Shown here: positions 38,808 through 50,083 of the stretch, piece by piece
Layout of the letters: each line of letters starts with the position of its first letter
How positions within the stretch are numbered: position 1 is the first letter of the stretch
NCBI GenBank assembly: GCA_009103225.1
Contig: RHPI01002910.1
Span: 124,001 to 188,000, forward strand
Origin: Chlorokybus atmophyticus
Taxonomy: Eukaryota > Plantae > Mesostigma and Chlorokybus algae
Direction: 5' to 3'
Length of the DNA: 64,000 bases
Notes under the pieces: generated by a model
Database searches by the model: none
The model's input: only the letters and a program-made list of their open reading frames with translations
What the model was told of the DNA's origin: nothing
Made by a program: the position numbers and the translations under genes

Positions 38808-40816
38808 ATGGTTTCGTTTCAAGATGATCCAAGCGCTCAAGACAGCGGGCCCAACCTGTCTTTCACCGCCACGGTGCTCACGGGTTTGGTGATGGTGTTT
38901 GTCGGTGCTGTCACGCGGTACTTGCGTTTGGACCTCGAGAAGAAGATTGCCGTCGCATCGGTGCGATCCATCCTGCAGCTGACGGTGCTGGGCTACGTGC
39001 TCACACCCATCTTCACAGCCAACAACCTCTACTTGGTGCTGGCGCTGACGGTGTTCATGCTTCTTGTTGCTGCAACGGAAGCACAGGTACTACTTGCTAG
39101 TGGTCGGCATCATGCAACATCATTGCCATTATGCTCCTTGCACATGTGTCGCTGCTTATTAATGTTTCTCACATCATGTCATCATAGAGTTTCTACCATG
39201 TATAATAAGCTGTTGCTTCAGCACAGCCATGCTTGCGCTCTTATTCTCTCGTTGCTAGCAACGCATTTTCGACCAGTATGTAAAACGTTTGTTGAGCAAC
39301 TGAAGTTACTGTGCAACATGTGCGGATTGCTAACTTGGTGCGAGTTTTGTGCTGGCTGTTTCAAAGTGTTTGTTGTGTTGTTATGCAGGCCCAGCTACAG
39401 TACAGTTACCGCGGCATGTACACCGACACCCTCTTTGCAATGGCTAGCGGGGTTGGTGTGAGTTGCGCCATTGGCATCTTCCTGATTGTGCGTCCTCGGC
39501 CCTGGTGGCACCCCAACACGTCCGTCCCGCTGTGGGGGATGATCCTCGGCAACGCGCTCACCGCCGTCGCGCTGGGACTAGGAACCACCATGAACACGCT
39601 GGGAAACAGAGCGGAGCGAGACAACATCGAGTACATGCTAGCAAGAGGCGCACGTAAGTGATGAAAGGCTATCAGCTGGATTGCCACATCAGCTGATGCG
39701 CAATTACATGACGCATTGTCCTTGGTCTTCCTTTTGTATTGTGCAATCTTTTATTGGTAAGAGCTCGCGTATTGGCGTATACTATTGTTGCAAGTGTAGT
39801 GTTGAGATTAGATGAAACCATGTATGTCTATGTTTATGTTCACTTGCAGCATAGGACTGGAGTGATGTGCTGCAATGCTGGCTTGCAGGTTTGTGGGAGG
39901 CTTGTTTGCCTATCGCAAAGGCGGCCGTGCTTCGCGGTCTCACCCCAACCCTCAACAGCATGTCCGTCATCGGCCTTGTGGCTATCCCTGGCATGATGAC
40001 GGGGCAGATTCTCGGCGGGGCCTCACCCATGCAGGTAAGGAATGCACCATGACACTAGGCACCTGTGGACATGGCACTCCTCCAAGCGTCCACATTGTGA
40101 CACATGCTGTGCAATGCTCGCTTGCAGGCAGCTCGGTACCAGATCGTTATCATGTTCCTGCTCGCCTGCAGCGCAACTACTGTTGTCATCACCTCTGTTC
40201 TGCTCACACTACAGGTACAGAGGAAAACACCCCACTTTTCAGGCTTCAGTCGTCACAATTCAGTTGTCACAGTCCATACACCGTCGCATGCATCTGCTGG
40301 CCATCTTGGCATGTACCCCTGCATCATCAGTCCATTTTCACAACATGCATCTCTTGCTATGTGTTTTGTACATGACCCTCACTCACTGCATGGACACAGC
40401 ACTCTCAAAGCAACGCTTTGCCAACAACGCGGTGCTGTTTCAATTGCAACAACGTATTGTGCAAAGTCCCTCACAGTGTGTCTATTAGTAGCAGTGTGGA
40501 TGCACCTACACCTTGTTGCACAGTCCATTGCAGATGTCATTGTCCAAACACCAGGCTCAATCGCTCCCCTTACACCGTCTGACCTTGCCAGGCCTTGACG
40601 GACAACATGCAGCGGCTGCGTCCTGAGCGTCTGACTCCCAAGCCGAAGGGCTCCGACGTAGTGATGCGTCTGCTGGCCGCCATCTGGCAGCTGCTCACCC
40701 TTGTGGGCCGATGCCTATCATGGCCGTGCCGATACTGCGTCGACCGCGTCAGGAAGCGGCAGGATCCGCACCACTTCAGTGCCGTGCCCGTCGAGGAAGC
40801 GGAGGAGACGGCTTAG
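38808..40816 (+). CDS. UPF0014 ABC permease (STAR2/ALS3 / FetB-YbbM-like)
   Basis: LEKKIAVASVRSILQLTVLGYVL, VPLWGMILGNALTA, IEYMLARGA, LTPTLNSMSVIGLVAIPGMMTGQILGGASPMQ|AARYQIVIMF: UPF0014 family motifs. About 5 exons. Confidence 0.93.
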
Positions 40817-41229
40817 AACTGTGAGGGTCCGTTGACTTGTGTGGGGGTGAAGCCGAACCAGCGGACCGCGTACGCCACATCCCACCCAAGTATGAAATGA
40901 ACAACCAGTTAGCAGAAGAAGACAAGCAGAGAAGGAGCAGTTCAGACTGATGCACAGGCAGTGTTTTTGGTTTTGAGGTGTTGGTTGGGGGATGAGAGTC
41001 AGATTTGGTATATACCTTTGTGCGGTTGTGAAGGGCAGTAGTAGTACTAGACTGGTGTGTGCAAATTGAGGTACGAAGATTGTGTTTTTCCCAGCACCTT
41101 CTGGCAGCCTTGATTGTAAAAACGAAATTTTCTTATAGAGCAGCCACGCAGATATTGGTCCACTTTAGCGACTCTGAACAGGTCGATTACTAATCAGTTT
41201 ACCTGGCTGGAGCACTATGGTTCACACTG

Positions 41230-41407
41230 CAGGCGTCACGCGATTGTAGTGCACAATGGGAGGCAATTGTGCACTACAATCGCCATACACTGTGGTGATG
41301 TATGGCGATTGTTAACCCAGGCGTCTCGCGAATGTAGTGCACAATGGGAGGCAATTGTGCACTACAATCGCCATACATTGTGGTGTGATGTATGGCGATT
41401 GTTAACC
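41230..41407. repeat. two tandem 88/90-bp units, each holding two overlapping inverted repeats
   Basis: Unit 1 is 41230-41317 and unit 2 is 41318-41407. Stem A is GCGATTGTAGTGCACAAT/ATTGTGCACTACAATCGC (18 bp). Stem B is ACAATCGCCATACA/TGTATGGCGATTGT (14 bp). Confidence 0.92.
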
Positions 41408-41410
41408 CAA

Positions 41411-41480
41411 ACTCAGAAACAACAATGTCCTTTGCAGCAACACTGCAGTGTTGCTGCAAACGACATTGTTGTTCCTGAGT
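41411..41480. repeat. 70-bp near-perfect palindrome (35-bp arms, 2 mismatches)
   Basis: ACTCAG-A-AACAACAATGTC-C-TTTGCAGCAACACTG|CAGTGTTGCTGCAAA-C-GACATTGTTGTT-C-CTGAGT. Confidence 0.92.
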
Positions 41481-41772
41481 GTGAAGTCATATTCTACAGA
41501 CCATCGTCACTCAACCCAATCAAAGAGCCACCAAGCGCATAGCATAGCGCACTTGGTCTGTCTACCGACAAACCAAGTCCTCTCAACCTTGCAAACACTG
41601 AGGCAACAATCAAATTGCAGGGAACAACTGATACCACCAGATGTATCTATACCCTTTCCCTTTCCACCGTCAGTACGACTGTTCAATGCAACCAATCAAT
41701 CAGCGTTTACAACCATCCAGTCAATGCATAACATCACCGACATACGACCGCCCTCATCGTCATTCAACACCC

Positions 41773-43659
41773 TCACGCGAGCTTGGGGCAGTTGGGCGCG
41801 ACCGTGCGCGCAGTCGGACACGTGGCGAAGCATGGCTGGGCCCTGGCCTCGTCCTCCTCGATTGGCGGGGGAACCTGACCGAAGATCATCTCGCACGAGA
41901 GGTCCTCGAAGTTGGGCTTCATTGTCAAAGGCATGCTGCGAGAGACAAAGGAGAGGTAAATGAGTGGACATGTGTCTGGTGGGTAGAGTTGCATGTCGTG
42001 TTGATGTGTCTGGTTGTAGAATGTTACCCCATCTCTTCGGTAAAGAACTTCTGCGTGGGGAACTTGCAGAGGTTGACGCACATTCCAACACACCCGCTCG
42101 TCTGCAATAAGAGGCCAACTCAAAACAGCAGCAGGGACCATGCACATGTACACGCACACTTGCACACTCTGTCATGCACATTCGCGCACGCAGCACCAGC
42201 ATCACCAATACTAACTATTACTTAATCTCGTCACGGACTCACCTCGAGGTAGCGACATTTCTTGATGTGGACTTGCGAGTGCTGAGTGACACCGTTGATC
42301 TCGACGTTTTGTACCTCCATGGGACCGACGAGCCACGTGAAGAAGGTGGGCGTGATCCACGCGTTGAGCTCCGCGCCCCACTTCGTATACGCAAACACTT
42401 TCCGGAACCACTCTGGGACCTTGTGACAACAAGCGTCATTACCACAATGTTGTATAAACCCAACAAAACAACAAGGGTTGTCACTCACGCGCTCAATATG
42501 TCCAGTATCAATGACACGCACTGGACATAACAAGTGCGTGAGGGAGAGAAGGCAAAGCAAACAAAATGTGCACAGTGCGGTACAGTAGACCAAACTGACC
42601 TTGGGAAAGCCTTGCAATACAGCTTCATGCTGCTGCTTAGCTGTTCTGCTCTGCATTGCATAATAGAGGTAAGGGAGGGAGCCTTGGACAACAAGGCACG
42701 TACTCATGTTGCAGAATCTGCCTTCTGTAGGGGGAGACAAACACAGACAGCGCGTATGGGCAGCGCACGTACCCTCATCATTGCGTGTGACACCTCGACC
42801 ATACCCAAGTAGCCCTCCTTGAAGCTCCGCGGAGACTGCATCCAACAAGTAAAAGTGCGTGAGTGTGCGCATGCATGTGCCGCAAGCGATACCCGTGTGC
42901 ATGCGTGTGCGTCGCATATGCATATGTGAGTGTGGGCATGCTAGCATGTGCATGGGCGTGCGCATGTGTGCAAGGACACACTTCCGCTCACTCCAACCAA
43001 CAACTCACCTGCCAGCCCGCCACTCTTCCATAAGCCTGCCTCATGAGCGCAATGAACATCAGGTCTGTAAATGAGTCTTTGTACTCGGTCTTCTCACTAG
43101 TCGTGGCCGCCTCCCCTGTTCCCACAGCAACATTGCCCTCCCTGCCAACATTGTCACCACTACTGCTGCTACTCGCCCTGCACGCCAACTGAGCGCCTCT
43201 CCTCTTGCTTCTGGTGGGGTTCAGTGCTGGTCTTGATGGAGTGTTGTTGGGCTTGGAGGCATGTCTTGACTTGGGTGTTGGTAATGTGCGGAGGGAAGCT
43301 GCTGCTGAAGTGAGACTGCAGTGCATACAAGCAACAATAAGAAGGTGGTGGACAAAGGGAGAGGGCAATGGTGATGGACGCACGAACGCAAGGGAGCAAG
43401 AGAAGAAGGAACTGCAGTGACTGATATGCCATACACTACACGAGAATTGCTGTGTGACGTGTTACACAACACAGGTTGTAACACTCTGCGCTCAAACTCA
43501 GTGGCCTAGTCCAGGTCAGTGAGTGTGCATCAGCTTGGTGGTGACCAAGGCACTGAGTCAACGCACTGCTACAGACCAGTTGCGAGGCGCACACAGCTCA
43601 TTCATTGTGCGCTCCACAGGGAAAGTGGTATAGACTCACCACAGCTGATGCGCCGCCAT
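41773..43659 (-). CDS. D27: DWARF27-like beta-carotene isomerase family protein
   Basis: Transit peptide (MAAHQL|CLTSAAASLR...), EYKDSF, GYLGMVEVS, FFTWLVGPMEV, VHIKKCRYLE|TSGCVGMCVNLCKFPTQKFFTEEMG, PLTMKPNFEDLSCEMIFGQVPPP..ED.ARAQPC: D27-family conserved Cys pattern. Confidence 0.93.
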
Positions 43660-43864
43660 GGGTTAAGTATGGCTTGAAGCCGTCTACCCGCACACCAGCC
43701 ACCTTTCCGCAGGCGACCAAGCTTGCCACGACCGCCGCCGCCGCCGCCGCCGCCGCCGCCAACGAAGTCTGACGCTGCACGCACACAAAGCCACGTTAGT
43801 GCCGCATTGTGTTAGACTTTGTCTCTTGTGCGCTTGTGCGCCACTGTTTTGTGCGCTGTGCGGC

Positions 43865-43873
43865 TTAGGGTTT
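43865..43873 (-). promoter_or_regulatory. telo-box (TTAGGGTTT) in the D27 / CEP97 divergent promoter
   Basis: Exact reverse complement of AAACCCTAA within the 255-bp gap between divergent ATGs. Confidence 0.45.
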
Positions 43874-43914
43874 AGTTCAGCTGTGCTAAGGTTTAGTGTA
43901 GGCTAACAGTGGCC

Positions 43915-46900
43915 ATGCATGCCGCCACGGCGGCGGCGGGGCGGGTGAAGGACAGCGCCGCCTCCTCTACAGCTGCTGCGGAGACGGTGCTGAATCTACG
44001 GAGTCTCCAGCTTACGGCTCTCCCGGCGTCGCTGCTTGCAGGCGGCAAGTACGCTGATCTGAAGGTGAAGCCTCTGATTTGGTCTGGAGACCAATGCAAT
44101 GCCGCCTACATGCTGTTTGCGCATAAGGACCGTAGTTTAATGTAGACATCAACAACTTAGCAAGTGCAATATGCAGAGTTCCTGCCTTATTGCATGGTGT
44201 TCTTTGATACGACTATAATTGGAGGAGGCCTGGCGTGCATGCCTTGCATGGCCAGGCGCAACCATACCATGAGAGTCTTATCACGCTGCTGAGGGTTCAA
44301 CAAAGACAGTACTGTCAAGCTAGGCGTAGTCGTGCAATGCTTATCGTAGGTCGCTTGCATAGTTTATTTGTGCTAAGTGATGAGTGAAGACACTACTGTT
44401 AAGCTAGGCGTAGTCGTGCAATGCTAAACGAATGATATGGCGCTTGCTAGGTAGTTCGTGCTGTGCATGCACTTGTTATTCAATAATTCCGTAGCAGCTT
44501 GTTGTTGTATAATCAATGAGCCTCCCTCCCACAAACATAGCGGTGTTGTGAGCAAGTGAGCCTTCTGAGCGCACGAGTCACTCAGAAACACAGTTCGAAA
44601 TCCAACAATCAACCCTGTTCTCTCGAGCTTTCCGCTGGGAATGGCATTGATGATCCCTTTTCTGCTTTCAACCAATGTTGACCCACCCAGGTGCTCGACA
44701 TCAGCAACAACCGCGTGCTGACTCTCGAAGGCCTCTGCGCCGCCTGCCCGCTCCTCGAGGAGCTGCGCGCCTCCAGCAATCGCCTGGTGCGCCTCGACGG
44801 CCTCTCAAACGTCGGAGGAGGCCTCCCGCGCCTTCGCATCCTCCTTCTCGCCAACAACAGGCATGTGCAGCAAGCATAGCGTTGAACTTGTCTCAGGTAG
44901 TGTGAGGCGATACTGGGTGGCTATTGCAATGGATATAGCCACTTACGCTGTGCTTGTATTTGTCCGTTGCCTTTGTGTAGAGAGGAGAGTCTCTTCATGT
45001 GAAACTTATCGTCCCCTTCGTGCAGTTTGTGTGACACGAGCGGGTTGGAGGGCTGTCCAGCCTTGGAGTTTTTGGACCTGCGCGACAACGACATCTCCTT
45101 ATTGTCACCCGCATCCTTCCCTTCTCTCCCTCATTTGACTCATCTGGGCCTTGCGTCCAACAGCATCGACAGTGTTGGTGACTTGTCCCCGCTGCGCGCT
45201 TGCTGTCCGGCGCTGCAGCGGCTGGACTTAAGAGGGAACTTCATCTCTACACTTGACGTTGCGGGGAGGTGTCTCCCATCCTCGCTGACAGCGCTCTCCC
45301 TCGCGGACAATGCCCTCAACAATGTCGCGGACATTAAACACATCACCAGCTTCGCGCAGATAGCTGAGTTGGCTGTGGCAGGGAACCCCTTTGTTGAGAC
45401 TGCTGCGAACGCCGGCTATGACTACCGCCCTTTCGTGGCCTTCCTTCTCCCACGCCTCGCATGGTAGAGGGATTTGTGAATGCACAGCAGCACAGAGGAT
45501 AGATGAGTCCCAACCATGTGCTTGTTGTTTCAGGTTGGATGACGAGAGTGTGGCGCGGTCGGCCTGGGCGAGGCAGGCAGACCGCCTCGTGCTATCTGAC
45601 CAGCTCGTGCGGCTGCTCGGTCCCTCGGGCCAGCAGCAGGGCGCTCTCGCACGGTTTTTAGCACAACAGGTGAGATAACACAATCATCCCTACCCACGCA
45701 CGTAAACCCACTACTAGAGTGCACTGTTTGTTGATGTGTCTTTTGACTTGCAGTTTCCCTTGTCAGCAGCAACACAATCAAGTGGTGGTGGCGGTGCCAG
45801 CGTAAGCCATGAAGCAACCCCTCGCGCTGCGAGTCCACGTGCTCGACACGCCTCCCCAACCGCAAGTTCACCAACCGGGCGGTCCCAACACAAACCAACT
45901 CGCGCGCAACAACCACAGCAACGACAACAACCACCGCAGCAACCACAACAGCAACAGCAGCGTCAGAGTCCCAATGGCAACGCAGTGAACACTTCAAACA
46001 AGGACGGCGTCGCTGATGTTGGTTTTGACCCCGCACAGTTTGCAGAGCTTCAGGCACAGGTTGCCAAGCTGCAGCACGCACTCACAAGGTTTGCCCGGCG
46101 CACCCAGAAGGTATACGTGAATGCTGGTCGTAGGTTGTGTTTGGGACATGCCCTACACGACTTGTTGTTGAAACAAGCCTCCATCGCAGACAACGGGCGT
46201 AAACGCGGCAGTTCAAACGACAGATGTGGCTGGAGGTACACATGCATACCTCCGCTCGTAATCTTGCAATTTCCAACATGTGGAAGATGTCATGTGGACG
46301 ACATGTTGTGTACCGTGTGCGCAGGTAGAGATGCACAGCCATCAACATCTGGTCAAAAAACTGCTGACACCCACACAAACGCCAAACCACCTTTCGTACC
46401 AACGCTGGACTGGGTCAGTTGCATTGGCAGCAGCAGCGCAGTCACGAGCAGCACACGCTCGTCATTGTCCAGACAGCCGCTGACACGAGAGCAGCATGCA
46501 GCCATTGTGCTGCAGAAATGGCAAGTCACACGCAGGCTCTGCGTCTTGCATCATTTCGATTGTCAAGCTACATGTCGAGTTGTCAATGAACACGTCATCG
46601 CTTACAGGTGCATAGGCAGGCTAGTAAGGCGAAGGTTGCATATGTATGTGCAAGCTTCGCACGCCGCAGCGATGGTTCAGAGTACGTGGAGGGGCTATCG
46701 CGCCCGCCGCGCGCTGGCCAGGGAGCTTGCGTTGAGGCGGGTGCAGCGGTTTGAGCGGGAGAATGCGCGACTTCAGGGGCTCGTTGCTTCGCTGCAGGTT
46801 GGTGGGGGGAGTGCATGTCGTAAGTGGATTCCTTCTTTCTGCGTTGTCGTGTGATGATGTGCTTATGACAGGTGCGGCTCGAGCAAACAGAGGAGAGGAT

Positions 46901-47875
46901 GTGGCTGCAGGATGATGCGCTCAGGCAACTCTGGACTGAGGTGAGTTGAAGCAAATCTCACTGTTGTCCAATTGACCTGATCTTTAACGTGTCTCAAGCC
47001 TTCTCCTCAAGGTGGCGGAGCTCAAGCGCTGGCGGCTGCAAAGCCAAGCACACAAGCAAGAGGGCAACAGAGGGCTGAGGGTTGAGGTGCGGGGCCTTCG
47101 TGAGCGGCTTGACGAGTTGGAAGCAGCTGCCGCGTGTTCGAGCAAAAGCGTGGACGAGACCGTGGACGTGGACGCGCTGCGCGAGGAGGTCCTGCAGCTG
47201 CGGGAGTTGCGGATCGAGCAGCGGGCGCTCATGGGCTTGACAGAGGAGGTGGAGGAGGACGAGACGGAAGAGGAGGACGCAACACTGTTGTTGCTGTCGA
47301 CTTCCACGTTGCAGACAATAACAACAGAGCGTGAACAGGTTTGTTTGCGTGGACGCGTGTCTCCTGTGAGTTGTTGTGCTGGCAACACTGCCTAGTGCTG
47401 AGTTGTGATTAATTGATTGGTCCGTCACATGCAGGCAACAATTGGTAGTCAACAAGTCGCTGTTTGGTCTCCCAAGCCTTCCCGGCCCGCAATGTTGTCA
47501 ACCAGACATGCGGAAGGAATAGAGAAAGCAGAAGAAGGAGAAGGAGAAGGAGAAGGAGAAGGAGAGGGAGAAGGAGGAGGAGGAGGAGGAGGTGGACATG
47601 GCGAGGACTCCCTATTAAAAACTCAGGCGGACGACATGGCCGTGCGCGTGGAGCAACTGTTTGCCAGCTGGAAGCACAACCTCATTTTTGAGTATGATCC
47701 GTCGGACGCGTCTTCCGAGGGCGCAGGAGCCACTGCTGCTGCGGAAGAAGACGCACCGAATCCGGAAGTCATAGCTGCCCTTGTCCAAACAGAGGCAAGA
47801 GACATCGCAACTGTGGTTGTTCACGTACTTGGTCAGTTGTGGAGTGCAGTTGCTGTTTATATAAGCGGTCGTTGA
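43915..47875 (+). CDS. CEP97: CEP97-like leucine-rich-repeat + IQ-motif + coiled-coil protein
   Basis: Repeated LxxLxLxxN LRRs (VLDISNNRV, LEELRASSNRL, LEFLDLRDNDI, LQRLDLRGNFI), LRR cap GNPFV...YDYRPFVAFLLPRLAW|LD, polyQ linker, IQ motif MVQSTWRGYRARR, and acidic coiled coil. Stop TGA at 47873-47875. Confidence 0.75.
44310..44425 (+). repeat. 32-bp direct repeat (2 copies) in the first CEP97 intron
   Basis: TACTGTYAAGCTAGGCGTAGTCGTGCAATGCT at 44310-44341 and 44394-44425, one mismatch. Confidence 0.85.
47534..47592 (+). repeat. (GAAGGA)n/(GGA)n coding microsatellite (poly-EG/poly-G)
   Basis: Direct reading of the sequence. Confidence 0.85.
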
Positions 47876-48362
47876 CGAGGCACACGCCATGCACAGGTGG
47901 TGCATGTTGGTGGTGAGGGCTTGTCTCCCGCAGCAAGCCCGCCTAATCCCGGCGGAGCTCATCCGCACCAGGACGCGTGGTCCGCAGCGGGCCGAGCGCT
48001 GCAAGAGTTGGATGTACATGCAATCAACAAGGATGAGGACGAGGATGGCATGTACCTCCCTTAGGGATGTCTGCAACAAGCGTTGTGTGACACTGTTGTG
48101 TACAGCGCTGTGTGGATGAGGTAGTGTGATTGGTGTTGGTAATGCGTTGATTGTACAGTTGTGCATGCAGCTTGATCTCGTTTGCTTAGTTGCACAACTG
48201 TGCCGACACACTGGGTGCACACCGGCAGCCAACACTGTGAGAGCTCGCGACCATACAAGCATGTACCTCTTGCATGTGGGACAACCGCTGTACAGGCTCT
48301 ATACACATTTATGTCACAGTACACGTCAAACAAACGGTCCACTGCAATTCCTACGCTATGTA

Positions 48363-49912
48363 TCATTGCGCCTTTTTGCGCGTTGCATCCGACCCGGTGC
48401 AGGTGCGGGCGGCGCTCTTCTCGTCCAGCCTGGCCTGCCGAATGATGAATAAACAGGTTTCCGCGAGCATGCCGAGGATGAGGCCAACCACCCCAACTAG
48501 GTATTGCTGCACATAGACACCAGGAGGATGTGTGAGTATCCTCTGGCTGCAATGCCTTCAGTAGTGATGGAACGCAACAAGAACCTGCTGTGACTGATGT
48601 CGATGCTTACCAATGCTGCGTCGTCGAACAGCCTCCGGCCAACGTACAACCCCAACATGTACAGCGTGCCCATCGCAACAATTACCTGCATACCTGCCAC
48701 GCACATACTCATATAGACGCCACCCATCGAATGTTGGTAGAGCCACTATTGGCTGTTATCTTAGTGCTTGCATGTGCTTGACACACAAGTCATCGCAGAA
48801 TGCACCCTTAGCACGTACCGAACCCGAGTTGCTGGCGATACGTCCCAAGTAGCTCCACATCCTGGTCTCCCTCCCCACCCTCCCCACCTCTCATTGCTGT
48901 GTTCTCCGGCGTGGCCATGCCGGCGCCAGGGACGTCGCTCACCATCGCGGCGTATGCGCGGTCCTCAGCCGCCGTGCGCAGCTGCTCCAGCCGCTCCACC
49001 AGCTCTGGAGACTGGACAGGTGGTACGCTTAGAAGGTGTGTGTGAGTGTGTGTGCACGCGCGCGAGCGTGCGTATGACGGCGAGTGAACTGATTGGAAAG
49101 GCTCTGGAGCATGTTGCAATCTATGCAAAGACGCAGGTTGGTGGGTAGCGTGCATGCGCTCTATAGAAATAATCATTCCGCCGCACGCATGTGCTGGATA
49201 GTGGATGGACCGACTCGTGCATGTGCACAGTATCGAGCACACGCAATCGCCCGCAACGCATACGGGCGCATGCACGTGTGTGCGTGTGGGCACATACAGG
49301 TGAGTTCATGCGTGCGCGCACTGCTCAGAGGTGTGTGAATGTAAACCAATCTGGATACCACACACATGCATGTATGTGCATGAACAATATCAAGCATGCG
49401 CACTTGCAACGCACCTGGGCGTCATGCATACTACATGTGTGCAGCCCGGGCTGCGTGTCACGCCAATGCACATGCACTCAACAGCGGCATGCCATGACGC
49501 AACGCTGTATGCCTTGACAACATGGGACGCGCCATCGCCATAGTCCTCAAGGCTAAGAGAATTAGTTCAGCCCAAAGCTTGCGACAGCACGCACCTTCTC
49601 TCTGGGCGCAGGCGACTTGAGCACAACCCGGCTGCCTGCGGTGATCTCATGCAGCCAGCATGACTGCTGCTCACCACCCAAGCCTGACCCATGCTTCTTC
49701 TTCTCCTTCTCCTCTCTGGCCCTCAGCGCCACCACCGCCCGCTTCAGCAGGCCGTACGGCACGGGCTCGCCGTCCCTGCCGCCGCCCGCCGCCTCGCACT
49801 CCCGCCGGAACACCTGCACGTCCTCTACTCCGACCACCTCCGCCTCCGTCACTACCACCGTTGTCGCCTCCCGCAATGCCGCCCTGATCGCCGCCGTGCT
49901 CCCCAGCTCCAT
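48363..49912 (-). CDS. VMA12: V-ATPase assembly factor VMA12/TMEM199 family protein
   Basis: GSRVVLKSPAPREK|SPELVERLEQLRTAAEDRAYAAMVSDV, then two hydrophobic segments (VIVAMGTLYMLGLYVGR; LVGVVGLILGMLAETCLFIIR) and a basic C-terminus ...RKKAQ*. Confidence 0.85.
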
Positions 49913-50083
49913 CCCGGCCGCCGCCGCGCACCTAGACTGCGGCACGGTGGTCTAGTCTGGCCCAGCGCCAAATCACCAGGCTTGGATCTGGTTCCTTTTA
50001 CTCAAGACTTAACCCGGGTCAGTGAAGTCCCTGGACGATTCGGATCCGTTTCGACCGTTTGCGCAAAGCTGAGTTTTGAGTGT

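Noticed and set aside
44310-44425. 32-bp direct repeats with a 52-nt spacer resembling a mini CRISPR array
   Set aside because: Only two copies, inside a eukaryotic intron, and no cas genes; a local duplication is enough to explain it.
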